Part shown: in pieces, positions 24,001 to 35,552 of the stretch | How positions within the stretch are numbered: position 1 is the first letter of the stretch | How the letters are laid out: each line of letters begins with the position of its first letter | IMG/VR virus record: IMGVR_UViG_3300031949_001696 | DNA length: 64,000 bases | Origin: a virus | Taxonomy: Duplodnaviria; Caudoviricetes | Direction: 5' to 3' (one strand) | Position numbers and translations under genes: made by a program | The notes under the pieces: model-generated | What the model saw: only the letters and a program-made list of their open reading frames with translations | Databases searched by the model: none | What the model was told of the DNA's origin: nothing

Positions 24001-27000
24001 GTCGCGCTACTCCAGAACATCGAGATGCACCATCGCGAGATCGCGCGCTGGCACAAGCAGCGCTGCGTACGGACGCGAGAAATTCTCGACGCCCACGGCA
24101 TCTACCACGTGAAGGAGGATCTGTAGATGCGCGCGGACGTGGACGGAAGGCCGATTCGAAGAAGCCCGCACGATGGCACCTGCGTCGACGCACGGGGCTG
24201 GGTGACCTACTCCGACGACATGACCTGGAGCATCCCGCGTCTCGACATGCCGTGCCCGCTGCGTCGCGGGCTGCCGTGGTCACCCGCGGAAGATCACGCG
24301 CTGCTTCGCCGCACCCGCCAGCTTGCCGAGGATCCGTGCGTCCGCGACGCCGCAGGCGTGCTCGCAAAGGAGCATCAGCGAACCACGTGCTCGATCGCGA
24401 TGCGGCTCAACTCGCTGCGCGTGGGACTCCGGCTCGCCGCGATTGGCAAGCTCGCCGAGGGCATTGGCCATGGATGACAACAGAAGACCGCGGCGGTGCG
24501 AGTGCCCACACTGCGTCGTGCGTAAGCGGGTGGTCGACGGCAAGCTCGAAGAGCACGCCATCACCGTCGTGCAGATCGCGGACGACCAGCGATCGACGTG
24601 CTCGCTGACGTACCGTTGCCCCGCGAGCGGCGCGGAAGTCAGCGAATGGAAGGACATTGGCCGTGGATGGTGATCTGGACAGCGTGCCCGAAGAGCACGA
24701 ACGCGAAGATCCCGAGCTGACCGCCGTTGAGCGGGAGGCGCTCCTGGCCTTCCTGCGCGAGACCAACCTGACCTCGTGCGACTTCTGCGGTGACAGTGGA
24801 TGCAGCGATCCCGACTGCTGGCGCTGCCACTCACCCGTCGGACCGGAGAACCTGCGCGCTCTAGCCAAGAACCTCGCGACCGCCGCGATGCTGTGCAGGT
24901 CCTGGCAACTCGGTTGGACCGCAGGTTCAGATCCGCGCATGGACGACGGCGCGCCGGAGTGGCGCCCCGGCTGCGGGACGGAGGCGTCGTGAAGACAGGA
25001 GATGGCTCATGACCGTCGATATCGCCAAGTTGCACGCGTTGTTGGATGCCGTGCCGTGCGCAGAAGGTTGGACGTACGGCGGCGTAAGCGGAATCATTGA
25101 GACGTCGCAACGCGCGAACAATGGCGACATCTATGGCCGAACGTGCTTCGTGCCGGATGATCAAGACCAGCGTGAATACGACGATCGCGCCACCGAGTCC
25201 GTAATCGCGGAAGCCGCGCTCGCCGTGGCCGCCGTCAACGCGTTGCCGGAGCTGTCGGCGGAAGTGGAAGTCTGGCGTGCCGCGATCAAGGCAGCCCGCA
25301 CGGCGCTGTCGTCTAACGGGCACTGCGGCGAGGGCAGCCTTGCCGAGATGATCGCGCGAGCGCTCACCGAGGCAAGGCAAGCCGGTCGCGACGAGATGCA
25401 CGAAGTCGCGCGCGCGCTGATGGATGCTGATCGCGCGTTCGACGGCGCGCTGACGCGTGACTGGACCGGCGCCATCGCGGAGAGAGTTCGCCCCCTCGTA
25501 GCGGTGTACGAGGCAGCCAGTGCGCACGTCGACAAGTTTCGGCACACGCACGATCCCCTTCAAGGCGCGGCACAGCTGTTCGATGCCGTCGATGCCGCTC
25601 GAAAGACAGGCGCATGAGCGGCATCTTCATCGTCGACTTGAGATGCAACTGCGGTTGGACGAAGGTGCTCAGCTTTCATCGCAACGGCGACACGCCTGCG
25701 CAGTTTCAATCACGCATCAACAGCAGCAGGGCGCGATTGTACGATTGCACGTGGGCACCATGAAACGACCGATCCACGAAAGCCACCGAATGGGCAGGTC
25801 GTTTTCGGACGTGCGTGCCCCCGCCGGCACGCCGCGCTTCTACAGCGTGCGTCGCTGCATCGGCTGCGAGGGAGAGGAGATCGAGCACGCCGCGGGGCAG
25901 TTCACCGACGACGACCTGGTGCGACCGTGCTCGGTGCCACCGTCAGAGGGGAAGGCTAAGATCCGTTCCACTCCGAAGTCCAAGCGCCGGAGGTCCCGCA
26001 CGTGAGCATCCTCAAGACGCCCTTCTACACGCTCGACGAGGCCGGCGATCCGGTCCCGTGCGAGGACATGCTGACGTGGGCCACCTGGTTCGCGAAAAAT
26101 CACGAGGCCCGTGTTGTCGTGAAGACAGAGCTTGCCTCCGGCACCACCGTGTCGACGGTTTTTCTCGGCATTGATCATGGTTTCCGCGACGGCGATCCGG
26201 TGCTCTGGGAGACGATGATGTTCGGCGGCGCCTACGACCTCGCGTGCGATCGCTATCGGTCGCGAAAGGACGCTCTCGTCGGCCACGAGATGTGGGTCCT
26301 GGTTGCCAAGGGCGAGATGACGCCGATCGACGCCCGACAGCTCAAGGCCGGTTTTCCGACGTTGCAGCCCGGCGGTCAGGTTCAGGACCTGAAGAAGCAG
26401 AAGAAGGAGCAGGCGTGAGCGCCGTGAAGCTACTCCCCATGAGCACCGATCCCCGCGGCGGCTGGCCACTCCGCGGCGACGGTCGCCAAACGCCTCCGTC
26501 GGAACCCGGCGAGGCCGTGCTCGTCGAGTCGGCGTTCGCCGGTCCGAAAGCATTCACCGGCCTCCGCGTCGGACCAGATCACCGCCTCTGGGAACTCGGA
26601 CCCGGCGGGCTCACCCGCGTCACGACGGCTGGTATCTGGCGCGTCGACGAGGTCACGATCGACGGGGGCGTGATCGAGCACGTCGTCGCCACCCTGGAGG
26701 CCGAGGCTTTCGTCTGTGCGGATCGGAGTGTGCTCGTGGTGCACGGTGCGTTCGGCGTCGGCTCTCGCGTCGCGATCCGGGCCACGAATATCGGCGGCAC
26801 CGCCGCGTACTTCTACGCCACGTGGGAGCTGGAGGACGTCGACGCGGATCGAGCCGTGGCCGAGACGGAAGGCGAAGTGATGAATTCGCCACTCGTCCGT
26901 CTCTTCACGCCGGAGCAGGCCCATCCGTATGAGGGGATGATCATCTGCCGCGATCACCTGAGGCAGGTCCTCCCCGGCGACGGGCCTCCGTTCATCCTGG

Positions 27001-28622
27001 AAGAGATCGCCGTGGATCAGGCCGCGTTCTGGAACCACCGCTGCCTCATGTGCGAAGTCGAACCGGCTCCGGGACGGTTGTGCGAGAACGAGGACTGTCG
27101 TCGGCCGCTGCACCCCGAGTGGCCCGCGGTCTACTGCTGCAACGACTGCGCCCTAGAGGACGCGTGATAGAGCCATGCACGCCGAGGCCATTCCCGAACC
27201 CATCGACGACGACTGCGCGCTCGTGCCCGTGCGCTGGACGTCCGAGGAGCTGCATCGAGAGAAGGATCGCCGCTTGGCCGCCGATCTCGTGGCGCTCGGC
27301 CGGCGTCCCCGCTGGTGGCGCTTCCGGGCGCGGCGGTGCTACGACCGATCGGCACGACGGCTCAGGAAGGCGCGCATGTACGAGCTTCAAGTGATCCTCG
27401 CTGCGCAGGATCCGAGACTCCGCGCAGAAATGGTGGTCTATGTCGGGTGGATCCTGTCGAGGAGGGACCGATGAAGGTCAAGCGCGCATGGAGACCACCG
27501 CGCGACCTCGACACCGCGTGCCACAAGCTCTGCGTCGAGCTGAACAAGCTGCCTGGGATCACGACGGACTCGAGCTGCGAGGGGCACGGCAGGCAGCCGC
27601 CGTGCATCTGGTTGCACGCCGCGTCGATCCGCGCGCTCGAACCGATCGCGCGCGCGGTCGATCCTCGCTACTACGGACAGCCCAAGAATCCGTGGCGCCT
27701 TGAGCTGACCGAGAGCGACTACTGCCACGATCGCGTGATGTTCCTTCTGACCTGCGAGGGCATTCCTCGCAGACGACAGAAACACCTCGATTTACTCGCA
27801 CGCTGCCTCGCAGACGCGACGCTCGTGCTCGATCGCTGGACGAAGGAGCACTGGTGCAGCACGTTGTGGTGGGATCCGAGCTGTCGTGAGAGCGGCTACG
27901 CGGACGTCCCCGCGGCACCCCGGCGCCGTCGCATGCCGCTCGGTCAGCTCATGATCTTCGGCGCGAAGATCACGCGCCGTCGCGCGGGTCAGTGGGACGT
28001 ACGGCGCGGCAAGACCGTCGAGACCTTCCGTACGCGAAAGGCGGCGTTTCAGCATGCGCACGGCGGTATTTCACGCATCTCGACAGAGGACCGATGAAGG
28101 CTAGCGACTACGAGATCGAAACGGGCCGCCGCGATCAATCCGGGCCTCACGAGATCTCCTTGATCCGCCGCTTCCTCTGCTGGCTGCGCGGCCACGCGTG
28201 GGACAAAGGCCACGCGCATGGCTGGTCTGGTTACGTCACCTACCGGTGTCAGCGCTGTCGGCGCACCACGTGGACGCAGTTCGACTTCTAGGAAGGAGCA
28301 TCACCATGAGTCTCTTCTGCACCGCTTGTGGCTGCTCGTACGGGACCCCGCGCGAGGCTGGCGAAGCCTGCGGCGATCTCTCGTGCTGGTCGAGGATCGC
28401 CTGTGCAGGTGTCCTGCGCGATGTTCCCTACGACGATGACGTGCGGAGGTTGCAAGAAACAGCACTCGCTCGAGACATCGAAGGCGAGCTGCTCGCGAGC
28501 GTTTTGGCCGGCAAGCGAGGTCTCGATGATGTCGCACTGCACCGCGCTAGAACCGAGGCCGCTGAGAGGGCCCGAGAACTCGCGGCAGAGCGCGCTCGCA
28601 GGATCGCGAAAGCGGAGGGACG

Positions 28623-28859
28623 ATGAGCGACGAAGCCCCCCACGAGAGCAGCCCCAAAGCCGCACGTCCCACGCACTACAAGATCGTGTGTCTCTCGATT
28701 TACACGACCGATCTGAGCGAGCTCGACCGTAAGGTCGATGCACTGAAGCAGCTCGGATGGTCGAGGGCGAACCGTTCGCACCTGATCCGGATCGCGCTGT
28801 CTCGGTTGACCGACGACGAGCTGGACGCGATCGCCGACGAGCAGCGAGGGTGCCATTGA
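28623..28859 (+). CDS. Putative RHH DNA-binding protein
   Basis: YKIVCLSIY-TTDLSELDRKVDALK-NRSHLIRIAL. Confidence 0.6.
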   Translation: MSDEAPHESSPKAARPTHYKIVCLSIYTTDLSELDRKVDALKQLGWSRANRSHLIRIALSRLTDDELDAIADEQRGCH

Positions 28860-29579
28860 AGGAGAGCTGCGACTGTCCCCACTGCGGAGAGCCGTGCGAT
28901 CGCGAGGAGGTCGACGTCGGTGTTGGCGTGATCCACGGCCCGTGGGGCTGTGCGGGTTGCGGATGGTCGAGCGACGAGGTGTATGACTGTCGTGACGGCG
29001 TCCGCCGCGACGGTGATGACCGAGTGTTCGATCAGTACGGGGTCTCCCACCACATCGACCGGATCGGCGGCAAGGCAGTGCTCGCCGGAATCAACGTCAA
29101 CGACCGCGGAGTAGGTCGAGAAAAGGACACGCCATGATGGACATGATGGTCGCGGTGCTGGGAATCCTGCTGTTCTTATCGTTCGTGTGGGCGCTGAGCG
29201 AACGCGCCCGCTGTCAACTGCTCGCCGAGGATCGAGACTTTTGGCATCGGCTCTATCGTGACACTGACGAGCAGAAGCGCCGCCTGTTCGAGCGCATGCT
29301 GGAGGTCGATCACGACTGCCCAAGAGCGACGCGGTCGTGACCGACGCCGAGTGGGAAGCGCGGCGCAAGCGCGCGATCTTTGCCGCGTTCCAGACGGGCC
29401 GACCGGTGTTCGCCGATTCCGACGGGGAGATGCGCTTCGCCGATGGGGATCACGAGCGGCTTGCCGAAGGCGCCGGCATGCCCAAGACTGCCGTCCCTCA
29501 GCAGGCGACAGTTTCGTCCACCTGGCGGTCGCGGGTGAAAAGCTGGTTCGGAGGTAGGTCGTGAAACCAGCATCGTACG

Positions 29580-32500
29580 ATTTCGGTCGTTAGCAGGCAT
29601 GTTCACGTTTTTTGCCGACGTGTCGATCCCAGCCCACGTCTCCGTCTCGGCCGTCAACCAAACCGAGCAAGTAGTCTCGGCCGTCAACCAACCGAGCAAG
29701 CACGATCACACGCCGACGAAACGCAACAACGGCGACGTGAGGCAGTCTCGGCCGTCAACCGACCGAGCAAGTACGATCACGTAGGCTGTCGGCGTGTCGG
29801 CGTGCAGCTCGGCGAGCTGCAACCGTCTCGGTCGTCAACCAACCGAGCAAGCACGATCACCTCAACCACGATCGCGTCAGCCGCGACGCGACGACGCGAC
29901 GCTAGTCTCGGTCGGTCGTCAACCAACCGAGCAAGTATCACCCGCCAAGGATCTGGCTGACCTCGCGCTCTGTTGGGAGTCTCGGTCGTCAACCAACCGA
30001 GCAAGCACGATCACTTTTCACTTTGGTCCTTGATCAATCACGAAGCTCTTTGTCAGAGTCTCGGTCGTCAACCAACCGAGCAAGCACGATCACACCAGGC
30101 TCCAGGCTCGGTGATCAACCTCAGCGAGCGCTCCACGTCTCGGTTGTCAACCAACCGAGCAAGTACGATCACAAGGGGCATGCGCCGCTCTCGCTCGAGC
30201 TGCTCAAGGTCTCGGTCGTCAACCAACCGAGCAAGTACGATCACAAGGGGCATGCGCCGCTCTCGCTCGAGCTGCTCAAGGTCTCGGTCGTCAACCAACC
30301 GAGCAAGTACGATCACCGTCTACCCTCGGTGCGTTGCTGCGCGACTTGCCGGTCTCGGTCGTCAACCAACCGAGCAAGTACGATCACATGACGTAACTGT
30401 GGACCCAACAACCTAGTCCGGGTCTCGGCCGTCAACCAACCGAGCAAGTACGATCACATCGCTCGTCGGGTGCTAACCTCCTAGCAAAGGGGAGTCTCGG
30501 TCGTCAACCAACCGAGCAAGTACGATCACACGATCCTCAAGGGCGACAACCGCGCCATGACGAAGTCTCGGTCGTCAACCAACCGAGCAAGTACGATCAC
30601 AGACCGAGGCTTCGTTGCAATTGCGGCGTGACCTCCGGTCTCGGTCGTCAAGTACGATCACCCATGTACCGCCCGCACGAGCACGGTGACGGCGAGGAGT
30701 TTTTCCACGTCTCGGTCGTCAACCAACCGAGCAAGTACGATCACGTTCCGTACGCGCTCTTGCGGTCAGCGGTGTCACTGTCTCGGTCGTCAACCAACCG
30801 AGCAAGTACGATCACGAGACCACTGCGTTTCCGCTCGTCGAGGATGCTTTCGTCTCGGTTGTCAACCAACCGAGCAAGTACGATCACTTTTGGTTTCCTC
30901 GTCACAGACTGCGTAGACACTGTCTCGGTCGTCAACCAACCGAGCAAGTACGATCACGCGCAGCGGTGGGGCGGGAAGCTGCCGTACGACGAGTCTCGGT
31001 CGTCAACCAACCGAGCAAGTACGATTACATGGGGCATGCGCCGCTCACAGCTGCGCGCGCTCGTCGAAGCGAAGAACTACGCCCTGTCTCGGTCGTCAAC
31101 CAACCGAGCAAGTACGATCACACAGGAGTCGGCCCAGTGTAGACCCTGGCGGATGGTCGTCTCGGTCGTCAACCAACCGAGCAAGTACGATCACACGCTC
31201 GCGAGCGCGTCAATCGCCGCCGAATGCGTGCAGGGTCTCGGTCGTCAACCAACCGAGCAAGTACGATCACGTGCCGCCTGATACGGGGCCCGCTCGTCGC
31301 GCTTGTCTCGGTCGTCAACCAACCGAGCAAGTACGATCACCCAAGTCCGCCACCTCCAACTGCCGCACGAGGTCCACGTCTCGGTCGTCAACCAACCGAG
31401 CAAGTACGATCACCAGCATCGTGGGCGTCGACGGCGCGACCGCTCACTGGTCTCGGTCGTCAACCAACCGAGCAAGTACGATCACGCTGGACTTGCGCGA
31501 TCCCGCCGTTCGTGTCCGCGAGTCTCGGTCGTCAACCAACCGAGCAAGTACGATCACCTGGCGGGCAGAGACACCTCTGCCTTGGAGGTCTGGTCTCGGT
31601 CGTCAACCAACCGAGCAAGTACGATCACCGCCGATGCCAAGCGCGCGAGCGACAGAACTCGTCGTGTCTCAGTCGTCAACCAACCGAGCAAGTACGATCA
31701 CCGCGCTCTGCCTGCTGCTGCGCAAGCGAATGACTGTGTCTCGGTCGTCAACCAACCGAGCAAGTACGATCACCTGGCGTCGGTCGGTGCCGCCGCCGAG
31801 GAACCGATCGAGTCTCGGTCGTCAACCAACCGAGCAAGTACGATCACTGCGCGAATACCAAACGCGCATGCACGCCCTGTGTGTGTCTCGGTCGTCAACC
31901 AACCGAGCAAGTACGATCACGCGTCGGTGCCTCGGGCGACGATCCGCGGCTCACCTTGTCTCGGTCGTCAACCAACCGAGCAAGTACGATCACCCGGGTG
32001 CAACGCCACGGAGAGTGGACAAGTGTCTTGTCTCGGTCGTCAACCAACCGAGCAAGTACGATCACCTTCTGCTGTCGTCTTGGCCCGGGAACACCATGCC
32101 GGTCTCGGTCGTCAACCAACCGAGCAAGTACGATCACGCTCGTGCGCCTGCGATAAGACGCCTCTCGTACGCAGTCTCGGTCGTCAACCAACCGAGCAAG
32201 TACGATCACCCAGCCGGATTGAGAGTCAGAAAGCTGACCCTGAAGTCTCGGTCGTCAACCAACCGAGCAAGTACGATCACAATCACGGTTACAACTGGGT
32301 CAGCCCGCGTACGATAGTCTCGGTCGTCAACCAACCGAGCAAGTACGATCACCACGGGGTGGGTGACGTCGATACTCGCCGCGCTGGTGGTCTCGGTCGT
32401 CAACCAACCAACCGAGCAAGTACGATCACATTCGGCATCAACCTGCCGACGCTGCAAGAAGCCGAGTCTCGGTCGTCAACCAACCGAGCAAGTACGATCA

Positions 32501-33146
32501 CACCGCCCGGTCGTCTCGTACCGCACCGCTAGATCGTGTCTCGGTCGTCAACCAACCGAGCAAGTACGATCACGACCGAAGACGTTGGTGGGTACCTTCG
32601 CGTCGCGTAGTCTCGGTCGTCAACCAACCGAGCAAGTACGATCACAACCGATGCGCTGCGGATCCACGAGGGCTTTCGCGAGTCTCGGTCGTCAACCAAC
32701 CGAGCAAGTACGATCACACCCGCACACGGGCGAAGATGTCGGCGAGGTACTGGTCTCGGTCGTCAACCAACCGAGCAAGTACGATCACTCGCAATCTCGT
32801 CGCCAGCGAGGCGCCGTTTTCCTGTCTCGGTCGTCAACCAACCGAGCAAGTACGATCACTTCGCGCTGCTGTGGCGTTCGGGTCGCTCGCAGCGTCTCGG
32901 TCGTCAACCAACCGAGCAAGTACGATCACGCAACGTCACGCCTTCGCCGGGCGGCGGTTGGGACGTTGTCTCGGTCGTCAACCAACCGAGCAAGTACGAT
33001 CACGCTGGCGGGCAGAGACACCTCTGCCTTGGAAATCTGGTCTCGGTCGTCAACCAACCGAGCAAGTACGATCACCCCTCCATGCTCGTGGCCGCGTCCT
33101 CGACCTCCGGGTCTCGGTCGTCAACCAACCGAGCAAGTACGATCAC
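29580..33146 (-). CRISPR. CRISPR array of ~50 repeats and ~48 spacers; 36-nt repeat GTGATCGTACTTGCTCGGTTGGTTGACGACCGAGAC (crRNA sense)
   Basis: Manual count gave 49 recognisable copies of GTCTCGGTCGTCAACCAACCGAGCAAGTACGATCAC from 29644 to 33146, plus a very degenerate copy at 29580-29606. Spacers are mostly 34-38 nt. Degeneration at the left end and the cas gene at the right end indicate minus-strand transcription. The repeat forms a 3' hairpin CTCGGTTG-GTTGA-CGACCGAG. Confidence 0.98.
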
Positions 33147-33210
33147 CGTCTTCAACTATTCAGTTGTCATCTCGCAATCTTATACAGCTCGATCGCGAGC
33201 ACCTACCGTC
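33147..33210 (-). promoter_or_regulatory. Short CRISPR leader
   Basis: 64 bp of lower GC between the effector stop and the first repeat; -10-like TATAAGAT (33177-33184) and a small inverted repeat CAACT-N4-AGTTG. Confidence 0.6.
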
Positions 33211-35511
33211 TCAGCGTTGTTTGCCGAGCGCAGCAACGGCGTTAGATCCCGCAACCGAGCGCGATGCCTTCGGTTTGACGGGCGCAAGTACCTGCGGGGC
33301 AGGTGTCGTCGGCACGGGCGGCACCGGTCCGTTCGAGTGACCGTGTCGATGCAGGAGGTTGCGGCACGCGTTCGCGTCCTGATCCCAGGTCTGACTGCAC
33401 GACGAGCAGGTGTGCTCGATCGCGGCTTTCGCGTCGAACACCTCGATCGAAGTGCACCACGCGCATTCGCGCGTCGAGTCCGCGGTCTCCTCGACCTCGA
33501 CGCGGGCACCGCGCTTGGGGGCGGCTTTGATGATCTCGGCGCGCAGCTCGCCCGGCGCGGCCAGCCGGCTCATCCGGCGTTGCTCTCGGCCCTCGGACGG
33601 GTCGCCGTCCTCGGGCTCTGGGCGCTCCCAGCCGTCGATTTCAGTTAGCTTCATCGTACCCCCGACCGATCCGCCGCCACCGCCCGCGTGGTCCGGGGAT
33701 CGGTTCGCACCGCCCTCAATCAAGATCATCGCGTAGGTATTCGTCAGCTCGGCGGCAAGCACGCGCCACGTCTCGCGACGGTGGGCGATCAGCCGATCGC
33801 GCTGGTGCTCCTGCCAGTTCTGGAGGTGGCGATCATGGCGCGCCCACGCCTGGAGTGCGGCGAGGATCTCGCTGTCGCCGGTGATCCTGTTCGCCTTCGA
33901 GCTGAAATCCGACGGGTTGCACTGCTTCTTCCCCGCAGCGCGCGCGGTACGCCAGGCATCCCAGTCGATCCCGGTCCACGCGTCGACGAGTGCCTGGAGC
34001 TTGCGCGGCGCGCGCCACTGCGCGAGGCCGGCGAGGCGATCTGTCAGGCCTGACGGCGTCTCCCGGTCGCGCAGCCACGTGACCAGCCGATCGCGTGCGG
34101 TCTCGAATTCCTTGTCGCGGGTTCCCGCCAGGTCGTAGACCTTGTCCATACCGAAGAGGAGCTTGTTCGGCACGCGGATCTCGCGCTCGCGCCCCGTGTC
34201 GTCGACGAGATAGCCGACGCGTAGGCCGATCTGGTTACCCTCGTCGTCGAACAGCCGCCGCCAGCTCAGGTCGATCGCGCATGCGCCCGTGCCGATCGCG
34301 TCCGGGCACGCGCGGAAGATCTCGCTCTCGATCGTGACCTGAAACCGCCACTCGTAGTGGCGGCCAACGCGCTTGCGCACGACGTACGCCCATTTGATCA
34401 CGGCGTCCTTCGGCAGTGGCCGATGAAGAGTGACCGGAAAGCGCGCGAAGATCGGTGATCGATCTGGGTTAGAGCCGACGCGGAGGTCGACGTATGTCCG
34501 TGCCGCGTGACGCCGTAGGTTGCGCGAGAGTTGAGGGACAGCTGCCCACGCCTCCTCTCGTGGCGGATGTTTAACTGCGCGGGAGCCGGGATCTTGCCGC
34601 GACAAGAGCTCGGGGACGGTGTCTCGATCGTCATCGTCACCTGATCGAGCAAAGATTTCGACTTCTGGACGCGGATGTTTGTCGCTCGCTCCAGGAGCAT
34701 GGATGCGAAGACGAGGATCCATGCACGAGAATGCCTCACGCACCGTCATGCCGCCGATGACCTGCGTACCGATCGATCCGGTACCGTCGCAGCGCTTGAA
34801 GTGCGGCGGATGCTTGGTCGACGCCGCGGCCTGCTTGAGCGCGGTTTCGACGCGGTCGTAGGTCCCGGTGCGCAGTCCTCGCGCGGAGTAGTCTGCACGG
34901 GAGGCGAGCCGCTTGGCGTGGGCTTGATCCCTCGCGTTCTGGTAACCCGCCGCGAGGGCGAGATCTGGTTCTACGGATTTGTGCAGTGCCGCGAACAACG
35001 TGCGCTTGGCCGCACTTAACTCGGCCTTGATCCGTTCGTGATCCTCCTTGGAGATCTCCGGATCCTTGAGGCGGCGCATCCTCGGACCGATCTCGGGATG
35101 CGCGAGAAGCACGTCTTGGAGATGCGCTCCTTGCGCGCGCTTCGCCTCGCGCAGATCGGACGCGAACAGCGCGCGAAGCTCCTTGGCGGCAGCGAGGCGG
35201 AGACGGTGCTCGGTCAGGTCGGGATCTGCCACGCCCGACTTCGCGGCGCGGAGGTCCTCGTACGCGTTTCCGACGTCGCCGTCCGCGCCCTCGTAGAGCT
35301 GGAGTGCCTTGCCGATGATCGGATGATCGAGTTGGACGCCGCGGAAGTGCTCTCGAAGGCGGATCTCGATCTCGACGAGGGCGTTGCGGTACTGCCCCGC
35401 GAGCCAGAACTGATCTTCGACGCGCTTGCCCTCGGTGATCGGAGGCAGGCAGCGGTACGAGTAGATCCGGGTGGGAACGTCGGATGTCTTCTTGCGGCGG
35501 GCGCGTGGCAT
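33211..35511 (-). CDS. cas12m: Type V CRISPR effector, Cas12m (V-M/V-U1)-like, ~766 aa
   Basis: Motifs in Cas12m order: QFWLAGQYRNALVEIE, FKRCDGTGSIGTQV, RVGS...FPVTLHRPLP, AIDLSWR (RuvC-I), QWRAPRKL, ILIE (RuvC-II), AAPGELR, CAWC...CSSC, WDQDANA (RuvC-III). Directly abuts the array. Start chosen at ATG 35511; alternatives are 35517 and 35553. Subtype is assigned from recalled motifs, not from a search. Confidence 0.85.
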   Translation of the reverse strand: MPRARRKKTSDVPTRIYSYRCLPPITEGKRVEDQFWLAGQYRNALVEIEIRLREHFRGVQLDHPIIGKALQLYEGADGDVGNAYEDLRAAKSGVADPDLTEHRLRLAAAKELRALFASDLREAKRAQGAHLQDVLLAHPEIGPRMRRLKDPEISKEDHERIKAELSAAKRTLFAALHKSVEPDLALAAGYQNARDQAHAKRLASRADYSARGLRTGTYDRVETALKQAAASTKHPPHFKRCDGTGSIGTQVIGGMTVREAFSCMDPRLRIHAPGASDKHPRPEVEIFARSGDDDDRDTVPELLSRQDPGSRAVKHPPREEAWAAVPQLSRNLRRHAARTYVDLRVGSNPDRSPIFARFPVTLHRPLPKDAVIKWAYVVRKRVGRHYEWRFQVTIESEIFRACPDAIGTGACAIDLSWRRLFDDEGNQIGLRVGYLVDDTGREREIRVPNKLLFGMDKVYDLAGTRDKEFETARDRLVTWLRDRETPSGLTDRLAGLAQWRAPRKLQALVDAWTGIDWDAWRTARAAGKKQCNPSDFSSKANRITGDSEILAALQAWARHDRHLQNWQEHQRDRLIAHRRETWRVLAAELTNTYAMILIEGGANRSPDHAGGGGGSVGGTMKLTEIDGWERPEPEDGDPSEGREQRRMSRLAAPGELRAEIIKAAPKRGARVEVEETADSTRECAWCTSIEVFDAKAAIEHTCSSCSQTWDQDANACRNLLHRHGHSNGPVPPVPTTPAPQVLAPVKPKASRSVAGSNAVAALGKQR

Positions 35512-35552
35512 TGACATCCTGTTAGCTGTTTGATAGACGTTTTGCAAGACCA

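Larger units (their letters stand above)
24..29564 (+). other. Long co-oriented block of small, mostly hypothetical phage genes
   Basis: Chains of ORFs joined by ATGA/GTGA overlaps (e.g. 284..691, 688..951, 948..1217; 6696..6968, 6965..7132, 7129..7692). Interrupted mainly by the 6010-6690 repeat region and two minus-strand genes at 18848-19510. Confidence 0.8.

Noticed and set aside
159-25563. Long antisense ORFs (159..1331, 2775..3737, 4930..6123, 24280..25563)
   Set aside because: Arg/Ser/Ala-rich shadow frames opposite a coherent + strand gene chain, as expected in high-GC DNA.
29599-33340. Long ORFs across the array (e.g. 31271..32317, 31303..32532, 32363..33340)
   Set aside because: They are translations of the stop-free CRISPR repeat (recurring SRSSTNRASTIT / VSVVNQPSKYDH).
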